DNA of 64,000 bases from Eledone cirrhosa (taxonomy: Eukaryota), in the NCBI GenBank assembly GCA_964016885.1, contig OZ024746.1, forward strand, positions 70,618,001 through 70,682,000, in the 5' to 3' direction. The notes beneath the pieces were generated by a model. That model did no database searches. It saw only the letters and a program-made list of their open reading frames with translations, and was not told the origin of the DNA. The position numbers were made by a program, and so were the translations under genes. Positions within the stretch are counted from its first letter, which is position 1; every line of letters begins with the position of its first letter. Positions 56,301 through 64,000 of this stretch are shown here, piece after piece.

Positions 56301-59003
56301 CAACTGGACCTCCAGAGTCCTAGTGGGACAGTCAATAAGCAGAAATGTTATACCATCGTGGTATTTGTTCCAGCTCTTTGCATTCCGAGTTCAAATTCTG
56401 ACATGACCTACTTGGGTGGTAGACTTAATCTGTTGTCGTCTAGTTTAACACCATCACCTGGCCCTTGTTGTCAGTATTCGGGCCAGTTTCCAAGCTGAGG
56501 ATACTTTCTTCCCTCCCTCCTTGCCTTCCTCATAATAGTCTTAGAGGTCCTGATTAAATGCTAAAAAACAATTATCAGTCAGAGAGTGTTTTTTTGTATA
56601 TGATCTAGAACCTGTATGTGAGGGTAGGGTGAGAGTAGTTAGGTTATGAGATATGAGGGGGTGGGGGTAGTTAGATTATATGCGATATGAGAGCAATGTA
56701 GTAATACCGTAACTAAGCTCTGCATCTAACATGACAAGATGCTAATCTCTTAAACTTTACATTCAGAGACATTTTTCAAACATGATTCAAACTTAGCTTT
56801 TGAACTACCAAACTAGTACAGTTACTAACTTCACAGGCAGTTTGACATTCCAAATATGTTATTGCTACACTTTATAAGTAATCAGTCTTGTATTATTTTA
56901 CTGCCCTGGAGCTATGAAGGAATAAGTAAACTTTCTGTCAATTGTTAATTTTTTCAATACTCTTATATTTGTGTCAAACTAACCCATCCCAAACTAATAA
57001 AAGAAACAGCAAGGAAGGAGTTAGTCAAGGCAGATTATGATACTAAATGGCCAACTGGAGCAATAATTATGTAGAAGCTCTGTTGGTTACTTCTCTAGCA
57101 TAAGCTATGTAATACTCTGAGTGCATGAAGGCATGTGACCCAGTAGCAAGGGTGTTGGATTCACATGGTTGATACTATTCATATATATATATGCGAGAGC
57201 AGCTGGTATTTCAACAACTTGCGATCTTCAGCTTGTCGGATAACAAAAGGGCATCCAGCCATAGAAACCAAATCAGAAACAGTTCTGTATGAGTAAGACA
57301 CGGTCACTTGATCACACTTGTCAAACAACAGGACAATTCATCTAACCCATGCTAGCATGGAAATTGGATGTAAGATGATGATGATGATACACACATGTGT
57401 CTATGTCTCCATTTGTGTCTATGTTAGCTTATTGTTTGCTTAAATCTTGTAACTTAGCAATTTGACAAGAAAAGATTGATAAAATATACACCAGACTTGA
57501 AAAGATAAGTACTGAGGTCAATATGATTAACTAAAAAATCCCTTTAAAAATATTTCTTGAAAGCAGTTAAAGAATAAAAGAGTATTTGATTGGCAACATT
57601 TAATGCATATGTTGATTAATGATTTTTTAATTAAGCAACAGTATAGCATGTTTATATTTTTAGTAACAATTTTCAATACTTACATCATTGTATGATAACC
57701 ATGAGTAAGGTGCGTTTGCAGTTGGTCGCCATCCTAAGCAATTTCCAGAGACTGTAATTAAAAATAAAAGCATTAAGATGGTATGTTGTTTAAAAGAAAA
57801 AAAATTACAATGTAAATACAGCAACTTTCATAGCTTACAGCACAGCAATCAATCAAACTTATTGGAGTTAGTTTGTAATGAGGCAAATTTACCGTACCAC
57901 ACTTTAACAGATGTTGGTATTTAAACCTAGGTTTAGTTTCAATTTAAAATGCTTTACTCAACAACAGCAGCAGCCATTGCTGCCACTACCACCACCACTA
58001 TCATCATCAGAATTAAATAAAAAGTGATTTAAAGAACAAAATGAAACATGAGCTGAGGCATAAGAGGTTAAAGTGAGGGGGGGGGGGGGGGCAATGTAAA
58101 CAGGTAACTTAGAAACAAAACTGAAATGCTGCTACCAAATCTTTTCTCTTGGTTCATCTATGCTACATTGTTCATGAACATTGATGACATCAGCTGTTTT
58201 GATACCAAACCACCTAAAACTACTCTGGTTTTATGAAACAAAACTCCCCATTTATATTAAAAGCTCCCATAAAAAAAATTAATTAATTTTCAAGTAATAT
58301 TCCAAACATCAGCTTAATAATTAAATAGTTTATTATTTTATTAAATTCCTCCAAATTTTTTATTTTCCCACTTATTTCTGAGAGGGTCATGGGAGCAGAG
58401 TCTTTAAACATTCCTTCCAGTGGGTCCTGTCAGAAGCAACCATCTCCAATTGATCCAGCCAAACTCATGGATTTTATACAACCATCTTGCTCAGGGTGTA
58501 CCCCAGCGTCTCTTGCCAGTTGGTTTTGCTCGTAAAATCTGTCCAGCAATTCTTTCCTGAGACATTCTAACCACATGCATGTAATATCAGAGCTGTAACC
58601 TCTCAATTCAGATTAATAGCAATTCTACCTGGAGTGGCTCACTGAGCTAAACACAATACCTCAAAGACCCTTCAGAGGAACCCCATTTCAGTCACTTGTA
58701 TTTGCGATCATATTTTTTTAGTCATTTTCCAAGATTCATGGCTATAGGTAAGGGTTGGGTTGACACAAATATTTTTATGATTTTCAAAATTAGTTGAAAC
58801 ACATAGGTAGTGTATTCCATTAAAAATACAGAAACGAAAGGGTTAATGATATTAAATAAATTAGATATTAGAGAAATAAATCCAATCTACCTACCAGATA
58901 GAGAGGCTCCTCTTTTCAATGCATCATAAAGAGTGGTTACTTCATTGGAATTATTTACATTCGAACAACTTGGCATTACAGATTTTCTGATCTTTTCTGA
59001 GTC
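15046..59003 (-). CDS. ACSL1/5/6: Long-chain-fatty-acid--CoA ligase (ACSL1/5/6-type), 20 coding exons visible, 5' part missing from window
   Basis: Spliced ORF of 1893 nt with phase-consistent GT-AG introns. Motifs: YTSGTTGIPKG (AMP-binding P-loop), [10 protein letters not shown] (gate), [43 protein letters not shown] (FACS signature), [10 protein letters not shown]. Confidence 0.96.
15380..15776 (+). mobile_element. tRNA-derived CORE-like SINE (young family), full length
   Basis: Box A TGGCTTAGTGG, box B GAGTTCAATTC, MIR-core-like ccttgagcaagacactt...ctgtaggaatg, RTE-like tail ggacgtaaaac(gat)n. Confidence 0.85.
16238..16309 (-). CDS. ACSL1/5/6: ACSL exon 19: [24 protein letters not shown]
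   Basis: ttgcag acceptor, gtgaga donor, 72 nt; LxSFEQ motif. Confidence 0.95.
17917..18024 (-). CDS. ACSL1/5/6: ACSL exon 18: [36 protein letters not shown]
   Basis: aatag acceptor, gtaagt donor, 108 nt; LVAIxVPD motif. Confidence 0.93.
19485..19574 (-). CDS. ACSL1/5/6: ACSL exon 17: [30 protein letters not shown]
   Basis: caacag acceptor, gtaagt donor, 90 nt. Confidence 0.96.
19995..20048 (-). CDS. ACSL1/5/6: ACSL exon 16: [18 protein letters not shown]
   Basis: ttttcag acceptor, gtaata donor, 54 nt; FACS signature. Confidence 0.96.
21072..21188 (-). CDS. ACSL1/5/6: ACSL exon 15: [39 protein letters not shown]
   Basis: tttcag acceptor, gttagt donor, 117 nt; GWLHTGD motif. Confidence 0.96.
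22553..22641 (-). CDS. ACSL1/5/6: ACSL exon 14: (G)[29 protein letters not shown]
   Basis: ttaacag acceptor, gtatgt donor, 89 nt; KLVDxPEMNY motif. Confidence 0.96.
22690..23018 (-). mobile_element. CORE-like SINE (young family)
   Basis: Near-identical to 15380-15660 and 54164-54537 in reverse orientation. Confidence 0.85.
23338..26960 (-). mobile_element. Near-full-length decayed RTE-clade LINE (APE + RT with PHD-like insert), subfamily A
   Basis: APE motifs [43 protein letters not shown] motifs [30 protein letters not shown] (YADD mutated), FRYLG, MLHGSET. Multiple frameshifts and stops. (GAT)n tail at ~23340. Confidence 0.93.
27072..27799. repeat. Direct repeat (~210-230 bp) flanking (GA)n and a SINE
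   Basis: 27072-27299 versus 27593-27799, gggtaactttacgagaag...tttgaacccta. Confidence 0.88.
27855..28460 (-). mobile_element. Second Penelope-like fragment (GIY-YIG, internally deleted) with terminal hammerhead
   Basis: [25 protein letters not shown]...[13 protein letters not shown]; ends in (TA)n near 27850. Confidence 0.82.
27915..27969 (-). ncRNA. Type I hammerhead fold (GAAA altered to AGAA)
   Basis: Stem I ACTGT/GCAGT; CTGAAGA; perfect 11-bp stem II GGTGACAGCCA/TGGCTGTCACC; stem III ATATATAT; AUA triplet. Confidence 0.7.
28734..29301. repeat. Inverted repeat, 114-bp arms, ending in (TA)n
   Basis: 28734-28847 is the near-perfect reverse complement of 29188-29301. Confidence 0.9.
28926..29011 (+). 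ncRNA. Type I hammerhead fold in the spacer of the 28734-29301 inverted repeat
   Basis: Stem I TGTTTC/GAAACA; CTGATGA 28932-38; GAAA 28989-92; palindromic stem III CCCCCGGGGG; stem II weak. Confidence 0.55.
29342..29563 (+). mobile_element. 3' end of RTE subfamily A (5'-truncated copy)
   Basis: Matches 47399-47621; ends ggacgttaaacaa(tga)n. Confidence 0.85.
29580..29735. repeat. Fold-back inverted repeat, 61-bp arms, at (TA)n
   Basis: 29580-29640 versus 29675-29735. Confidence 0.9.
29656..29706 (+). ncRNA. Type I hammerhead fold inside a fold-back repeat (GAAA altered to GAAT)
   Basis: Stem I TCTTGT/ACAAGA; CTGATGA 29662-68; GUA triplet. The mirror arm retains GAAACTGCAGAGTA. Confidence 0.68.
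30054..30126 (-). CDS. ACSL1/5/6: ACSL exon 13: [24 protein letters not shown](G)
   Basis: taaaag acceptor, gtaaga donor, 73 nt; EGYGQTE adenine-binding motif. Confidence 0.95.
31385..31572 (-). mobile_element. MetaSINE-like SINE
   Basis: Same consensus. Further copies at about 22357-22516, 27425-27580, 29800-30011, 32983-33150, 35162-35383, 44823-45037, 46380-46597 and 48243-48382. Confidence 0.82.
31968..32118 (-). CDS. ACSL1/5/6: ACSL exon 12: (N)[50 protein letters not shown]
   Basis: ttttag acceptor, gtatgt donor, 151 nt; WDKLIF, LGG and GSAP motifs. Confidence 0.96.
32152..32752 (-). mobile_element. RTE LINE 3' fragment (subfamily B-like)
   Basis: [10 protein letters not shown]...[10 protein letters not shown]...TWVEVVR followed by the (GAT)n tail. 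Confidence 0.85.
32856..32938 (-). CDS. ACSL1/5/6: ACSL exon 11: [27 protein letters not shown]
   Basis: tttacag acceptor, gtaggt donor, 83 nt, ends phase 2. Confidence 0.92.
33355..33820 (+). mobile_element. RTE LINE internal fragment (PHD-like insert region)
   Basis: [15 protein letters not shown]...[17 protein letters not shown]; similar to 37235-37670. Confidence 0.85.
35418..35552 (-). CDS. ACSL1/5/6: ACSL exon 10: [45 protein letters not shown]
   Basis: tttcag acceptor, gtaaga donor, 135 nt; LKPTxFPxVPRLLNR motif. Confidence 0.96.
35637..36472 (-). mobile_element. piggyBac transposon 5' relic (TIR + transposase N-terminus, frameshifted, truncated)
   Basis: TTAA|CCCTTTAG end at 36476-36465. 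Acidic N-terminus, FxxxxGP, LDYFFLF...EEINRYAQQ, then in shifted frames WRPTDAAEM and YWSTD...ISSIM. Confidence 0.88.
36510..36581 (-). CDS. ACSL1/5/6: ACSL exon 9 (gate exon): [24 protein letters not shown]
   Basis: ttttctag acceptor, gtaagt donor, 72 nt; SYLPLAH motif. Confidence 0.95.
36660..38056 (+). mobile_element. Decayed RTE LINE, subfamily B (RT to 3' tail)
   Basis: [46 protein letters not shown]...[13 protein letters not shown]; tail ggacgtaaaaa(tga)n. Confidence 0.88.
38190..38362. mobile_element. piggyBac-type MITE family 2 (TIR CCCTTTTG)
   Basis: ttaa|cccttttg ... caaaaggg|ttaa. Diverged relatives at ~30405-30645, ~58195-58845 and ~61400-61730. Confidence 0.75.
38523..38736. 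mobile_element. piggyBac-type MITE family 1 (right end clipped)
   Basis: Matches 59918-60121; abuts a tandem repeat. Confidence 0.78.
38732..39010. repeat. Tandem repeat, three units of ~90-95 bp
   Basis: gctaattgtc(aggtc)agaccaaggaaactat...cagaagaaagga repeated three times. Confidence 0.9.
39598..40214. repeat. Inverted repeat, 62-bp arms, around a TG-rich spacer
   Basis: 39598-39659 versus 40153-40214. Confidence 0.88.
39796..39850 (-). ncRNA. Type I hammerhead fold, core intact, stem I degenerate
   Basis: CTGACGA (39840-39834); stem II GTTGCA-GATG-TGCAAC; GAAA (39816-39813); followed by a (TA)n tract. Confidence 0.6.
40317..40387 (-). CDS. ACSL1/5/6: ACSL exon 8: (G)[23 protein letters not shown]
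   Basis: ttgaag acceptor, gtaagt donor, 71 nt; PKGAxLTH motif. Confidence 0.93.
41439..41490 (-). CDS. ACSL1/5/6: ACSL exon 7: [17 protein letters not shown](G)
   Basis: gttcag acceptor, gtaagt donor, 52 nt; first half of the P-loop. Confidence 0.96.
43351..43592 (-). mobile_element. CORE-like SINE (young family), 3'-truncated
   Basis: Matches 22765-23018. Confidence 0.83.
44271..44303 (-). CDS. ACSL1/5/6: ACSL exon 6 (33-nt mini-exon): [11 protein letters not shown]
   Basis: ttattccag acceptor, gtaaat donor; bridges FEELE and PCKP in frame. Confidence 0.85.
46089..46261 (-). CDS. ACSL1/5/6: ACSL exon 5: [18 protein letters not shown]...TTFEELE
   Basis: tctatag acceptor, gttaga donor, 173 nt, phase-consistent. 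Confidence 0.93.
46724..47621 (+). mobile_element. 5'-truncated RTE LINE, subfamily A, nested in a SINE
   Basis: [40 protein letters not shown]...WYGHVMR. Closely matches the reverse complement of 23338-24220, including the 3' UTR and (GAT)n tail. Confidence 0.92.
47788..47887 (-). CDS. ACSL1/5/6: ACSL exon 4: [33 protein letters not shown]
   Basis: ttttcag acceptor, gtttga donor, 100 nt; PLYDTLG motif. Confidence 0.95.
48084..48185 (-). CDS. ACSL1/5/6: ACSL exon 3: [34 protein letters not shown]
   Basis: cttcag acceptor, gtttgt donor, 102 nt; IGIYSQNxPE motif. Confidence 0.94.
49950..51795 (+). pseudogene. PLE RT-GIY-YIG ORF (5'-truncated, frameshift near 51625)
   Basis: 564-aa ORF continues in another frame as [18 protein letters not shown]...SCCRHR. 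Confidence 0.88.
53224..53288 (+). ncRNA. Minimal type I hammerhead ribozyme at the PLE 3' end
   Basis: Stem I TATTTTGT/ATGAAATA; CTGATGA 53232-38; stem II AGGCATACCA/TGGTATCCCT; GAAA 53269-72; self-complementary stem III ATATGTAT; cleavage triplet AUA at 53278-80. Confidence 0.8.
53788..53964 (-). mobile_element. Short TA-embedded element with hammerhead-like scaffold
   Basis: Homologous to 8528-8676, plus an extra inner hairpin. Confidence 0.8.
54164..54537 (+). mobile_element. CORE-like SINE (young family), with internal duplication
   Basis: Same head and core; aaaaaagcacccag...cactgtaaa duplicated; (GAT)n tail. Confidence 0.85.
55102..55309. mobile_element. piggyBac-type MITE family 1 (TIR CCCTTTAGC, TTAA TSD)
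   Basis: TTAA on both sides and inverted termini. Related copies at 11504-11664, 38523-38736, 59918-60121 and ~63421-63617. Confidence 0.88.
57684..57751 (-). CDS. ACSL1/5/6: ACSL exon 2: [23 protein letters not shown]
   Basis: ttacag acceptor, gtaagt donor, 68 nt; CLGxR...PYxWLSY motif. Confidence 0.93.
58895..59003 (-). CDS. ACSL1/5/6: ACSL exon (1st visible): [36 protein letters not shown]
   Basis: tttttatttcag acceptor, G|gtaggt donor, 109 nt, ends phase 1; TLYDALKRG matches the ACSL N-terminal motif. Confidence 0.88.
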
Positions 59004-59064
59004 CTGAAATAAAAAAAAATTACATTCAGTCAACAAATCAACATATAACAACAAGTATTTTAAG

Positions 59065-59610
59065 GCTATTTTCCCTGCTAAAGCAGTGAGTTGCCCTTGT
59101 AGCCCTGATGATAAGCTTTTCCATTTTCCCCTATCATCTACATCCTCCCTCAACAAGCCCCTGGTTTCATTTCTTCCATCATCATCTTTAGCCATGTTTT
59201 TCCTGGTCTACCCCTTCTACATCCTTCCACATTCATTTCATTCATTCTTCTCACCCAGTTACTTTCATCTTTCCTCAACACATGACCCAACCAACTCACT
59301 CCATTTGTCTTCATAACATTAATCACTGGCTCTATTTTCATTATCCATTGTAATTCATTATTTGACTTCCTCTCTCTAAGCGGTACCGTACTCATCCACA
59401 AAACCATTCTCATTTCTATTCTTTCAAACTTTCCCTGCTGCTCTATGTTCATCACCTATATCCTCACTCCCATAAATAAATCATGGCACTTTTCACACAT
59501 GCAACATGCCACTCAGTTCCTGGAACATCTCCAATACACACCTCGTTGTAACTACGCTCACTGAGTACAATGTACTTACTCCATTCAACCTGTCTCCTAG
59601 GTAACAATAT
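59065..59610 (-). mobile_element. Old RTE LINE 3' fragment
   Basis: ERIEMRMVLWM...SWLGHVLRKDE...RGRPGKTW. Confidence 0.8.
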
Positions 59611-59917
59611 GTGATGAGTTAAGCTAACATAGTATAACAATATATATACTTTAGTTTCAACGATTTCCAGTTTAAAGACTATAATCATAATTTTTCATTT
59701 GATACCTTTGAAATACATTACTCCACACTTAAATAAATAATATTTCGTTTTTTCATGACAGCACAGTTCAATGGTACTAGAAATTTGGCTATTTGCATAT
59801 AAACTGTTCAAGTGTCTTTTTAAAACAAAGTAAATACAGTCTATGAAAAATTTCTCCATCAAAGTTTTTTAGTTCAGAAGAAATTTGTATAAAAATTAAT
59901 GCTATATGTTAATCTAA

Positions 59918-60121
59918 CCCATTAGCATTTACATACTCTATATTTACTATTGTATTTTCATGGTAAACACTTTATCTCACATAATATCAAATTTACGAGA
60001 TTTTGATATTTATTTTGAGAACAATATCTTAACATAAATATGAGCAGCCAGTTACAGCCGGTTTGAACAGAAAGAGTTAAGAAAATTCTGGCTGGATATG
60101 GCTGGTTTAAATGCTAAAGGG
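59918..60121. mobile_element. piggyBac-type MITE family 1
   Basis: Reverse-complement match to 55102-55309. Confidence 0.8.
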
Positions 60122-60944
60122 GTAACTATACATTTAATGTCATTTTGTTGTTGTTTTTGTTACAGGTCACACCTGTACATTTCATAGGATTTTTTGTGTA
60201 TTAACGATAAGAGCCCCACAATTGTTATGAAACCATTTTCCTATTGACAGGGAGTGAGAGTCAAACTAAGAATGCACAGAACTGGAAAAGGTACCACAAA
60301 ACATCCTTCCCATCCAGCATTAATATTTCAACCAATTCACTGCTCAGGGTGGTTATTGCCTTCATCAATCCTGAAATGATGAAAGGCAAAGTTGATGTCG
60401 TAGGTATTTAAATGCAGAGTACAGAGGGCTAGAACAAATAATATCCACCACAAAGCATTTAATCCAACATTCTTGCAACTCTGTCAATTCCCCTCCTCAT
60501 TGCAGGTGCATGTTACAATTTATTTTTCTATCTTTATAACTTTTTTTATTGCATTGCAGATATATAATTTCACAGTATGTGAAACTCAGCAAGTGGCACA
60601 GTATCAATTAAAGGATTTTACTCTATGTGACCTAGTCTAATAGGTATTAGTCTCATTGAAAGTAACGGTAGAAACGGCATGCTGCAACTATAAAAGCACA
60701 GCACAAAACAATATATACAATTGTTTGAATTTGCAAGACTATTCTATTTGAAGAAAACTTAAGAGGTTGCAAGTCAAAGAAAATTCTATGGAGAGCTAAA
60801 TAAGTAATAACATGTGATTAACAACATTAACCATATACATTTAATAGTTCTGGGAAATATTGAAGTAGCTATGTAAAGAAGAGTATGGCCAGATCTCAGG
60901 ATACTAAGTTTCACAAAAGAAATCCTGAAAGACTGATATAAATA

Positions 60945-61354
60945 ATAAGGGTTCCTACTTGTGGCACAAGGCCAGCAATTTGAAGAGAAGTGGAAAGTCA
61001 AATAAATACCACAGTGTGTTTCTGGTACTCTATTTAATCAATCCTGTAAGTATGAAAGGCAAAGCTAACCTCGGCAGGATTTGAACAAAGGGCTGTAACT
61101 AAATACCACAAACTATTTTGTCCATTACTTTACCGATTCTGCCAATCCAGCACCCTGATATAAATAATTGTTTCTACTTTAGGCACAAGGCCAGCAATTA
61201 TCCAGTGCATTACTGGTACTTTTATTTTATCGACCCCGTAAGGATGAAAGGCAAAGTCAACCTCGGCGGGATTTGAACTCAGATCGTAAAGGGACGTAAC
61301 TATGCTGGAAAGCATGGCGTCCGACCCTCTACCGATACTGCCAATCCAGCACCC
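60945..61354 (-). mobile_element. Two tandem MetaSINE-like SINEs (old + young)
   Basis: Copies at 60945-61154 and 61163-61354 share a duplicated flank. Confidence 0.82.
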
Positions 61355-62815
61355 TGATATAAATAATAATAGAAATGTAGACTCAGGCAACAGTCTGAAA
61401 CTGTCCCTAGTTCAATGATACAAAGCCGTTTATTTTAAAATCATCTTTTTTATGTTGACATTTCCATGCTGGCATGGACTGGACAGGTTTTTTGAGGCAA
61501 TGTGTTATAGTTGGATGCTCTTCCTGACACCATCCTTTTTATCTTAAAGTTTTTATATAAAAACCTTCTCTCATAATTTTATGTAAGAACCGCTGTTAAG
61601 TTATGCTCCAAACACCAATTTATTAACAAGAAACATTCTTGATTATTTTCAATATTATTTGAAAATTGTAGTCAATGTATTTTATTAATGTATTAATTGA
61701 AGTCAGTGTATTTGGTAACAAGGGGATTAAAGCACAACAGATTATTTATCAACATGCTTGATATATAAGATATGAATAAGTAGGAACTGAACAATGTGAA
61801 AGCCACTGGTAACCAAAAGGAGAAATAGGCCTGACAGAGAACCAAGACCTCAAGTGTGACAGATGCACATGAGTAAATAAATGAGCATGCTGAAATGAAA
61901 TCAATGAACTGCTCAGATAACTCACTACAAACAGCTGATTGTGTCTGTTACCTAATGCCAGATGAGCTCCTGAGGAAACCTCTGCTCAGTTGCTTAACCT
62001 GCCAGAGATATCAGCCAAATCTCTTTCAGATCTTAGCCTGAAGTTTTAATCAAATATATGCAACACTTTTTCTCAAGTTCAACATGTAACTCTTTACTGT
62101 TATTGTTATCTAAATACCAGTCAAGGAGCTTTGTGTCTTTGGTGATGATGATGATGAAACTGCTTTCTGAATGCAGTTTAGTACGCTATCTCATCACCAT
62201 GCAATTTACTATGTAGACAAACCTCTATACCAGCAACAATAAAACATAAAATACATCAACTCCGCACTAATTAATGCCATTAAGTTTACTGTCATCTAAA
62301 TATATATATTATCTAAATGTGTGTGGAAACTACTATCACAGAGGCATCTTCCTCATTCAAACGTGTTTTTCTCCTATTGATAAATGTGTTCTAGTTTTTT
62401 CTCAAATCCTACATAACCTAAAATTATTGATCAATAGACATGTTGTAATAAGGAATTGACATAATGTCATTGATCATTTACTCATTCATCTGTCTTGTTT
62501 TCTGGTCAGAAAAGAAATCAATTATGTTTCTCACATCTCACCTGACTGGTGAATAAGCAGCTAGTCAACTGATTAAGAGCTAAGATTAATAAAACAGAGT
62601 AAAAAAAAAATGCTTTGAAACGAGTTTAAAATTACAGCTTTAACTTGAAATCAATTAAGAGTAGTTCAGTATTTCAAAAGTTAAGTAAAATAATCTCAAC
62701 CTTATCAAGCACAGACATCTACAACCAGGATGGATAGTAATAAAAATGGCAAAATAGTGATGTATGTCAATGAGTGACTTAAGGGAAAGGACAAGTTGGC
62801 TAACAATACAAAAGG

Positions 62816-63018
62816 CAGGCATGTCAAACATGCCGCACGCGGGCCATATGCGGCCCTTTACAAGCACACCTGTGGCCCACACAAAGGTTTTTACAGTGCG
62901 AGCATGCTTTATCTTTATAAAATTAGTTATAATGTGCTCAATTAGTCGTCATGCGTGGCCCTCAGATAACACATATGTGACCCATGTGGCCCTCGGGTGA
63001 CCCTGTTTGACATGCCTG
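62816..63018. mobile_element. hAT (Charlie-like) MITE
   Basis: 14-bp TIR CAGGCATGTCAAAC, subterminal GCGGCCC/GTGGCCC motifs, decayed 8-bp TSD acaaaagg/ccataagg. Confidence 0.82.
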
Positions 63019-63420
63019 CCATAAGGTTTGAAGAATATATTGATTGGTTTAATCAGAGATGACATGCAGCTAAATAAAACTACCACTCTGTATATAATTA
63101 ACACTTTGTTCTCAGGCATAATTTTCATTCTTTTTTCACTATCAACTACTTTATTCCAATATTTTCTTCACTTGTGTCACATTTACTGCACATGTTTATA
63201 TAATTAACATTTATTTACAATATCATGTTATCCCTCATTACCATTCACTTACTCTCTCTTATATTATTATTTTACATGTATTTCAGTCATTGGACTATGG
63301 CTTTTGTGTGTACCAGATTTAGAATAAGTACACTGTATCCCTGTGTGTCATAAGAGATGACTAAAATGGTTGGTGCCAGGGAGAGCAACTGGGTGTAAAA
63401 CATAGCCATAACCTATTATC

Positions 63421-63617
63421 ATTGACATTACTCTATATTTACTATTATATTTTTACGGTAAAGGCTTTATATCACATAATATTGAATCTATGAGATTTTT
63501 ATATTTATTTTGAGAACAATACATTTAACATCAATATGAGTGGCTGGTTACAGCCGGTTTGAACAGAAAGAAATGAGAGAATTCTGGATGGATATAACCA
63601 GTTTAAATGCTAAAGGG
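63421..63617. mobile_element. piggyBac-type MITE family 1 (left end lost)
   Basis: Ends tttaaatgctaaaggg|ttaa. Confidence 0.78.
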
Positions 63618-64000
63618 TTAAAGAAAAGCCTGTGGTCTGCATGGCTAATTAACCCCTGCTTTAGCAAGAAACGTGACTATAAATTTTTTGTGATAATATT
63701 TCTAAAGGAATACACTCTACTACAGTTAATTAATGAAAAATTATATAACATATGGTTCTTATATAAAATTATTTTGGAAGATTTTAATTTAAAAAAGAAT
63801 GTGTTAAATTGGGTGACCTAGTTTCACAGAATCAGTGCTGGCTTTGGCTGTGATGCTATCAAAATGATTAAAGCATTTATTGCAATCACTGGTCTGTGGT
63901 AATGCTGAGGTGCTGCCTTCAAAGATTTAGTTCATCATATTAAGCCCAGTACATATTACAATCTGGTACTTATTTTATAAATTTATGTTTGTTGAACTAA

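Noticed and set aside
59004-64000. ACSL start/transmembrane exon
   Set aside because: No convincing phase-0 exon with a hydrophobic anchor was found; the region is mostly repeats, so the exon is presumed to lie outside the window.

Overview
AT-rich, repeat-dense eukaryotic DNA. The SINE/LINE repertoire and TA/CA microsatellite load resemble a coleoid cephalopod (octopus-like); this is an inference. The main feature is a minus-strand long-chain acyl-CoA synthetase gene of the ACSL1/5/6 type. I traced 20 coding exons by hand from 59003 down to the stop at 15046. All have GT-AG borders with matching phases (1893 nt, 630 aa + stop). I could not find the N-terminal exon(s), which probably lie beyond 64000. 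Introns and flanks contain: a near-full-length decayed RTE LINE whose RT carries an inserted PHD-type C4HC3 finger; a Penelope-like element (RT + C-terminal GIY-YIG, Hydra-clade-like); a second GIY-YIG fragment; a piggyBac transposase relic with related TTAA MITEs; an hAT-like MITE; and two tRNA-derived SINE families. The most striking unexplained layer is a set of unrelated short elements at (TA)n tracts. Most form fold-back inverted repeats, and several carry type I hammerhead ribozyme folds (one intact, several with point lesions, two on the ACSL sense strand). One two-copy family keeps the hammerhead scaffold but lacks the CUGANGA core.
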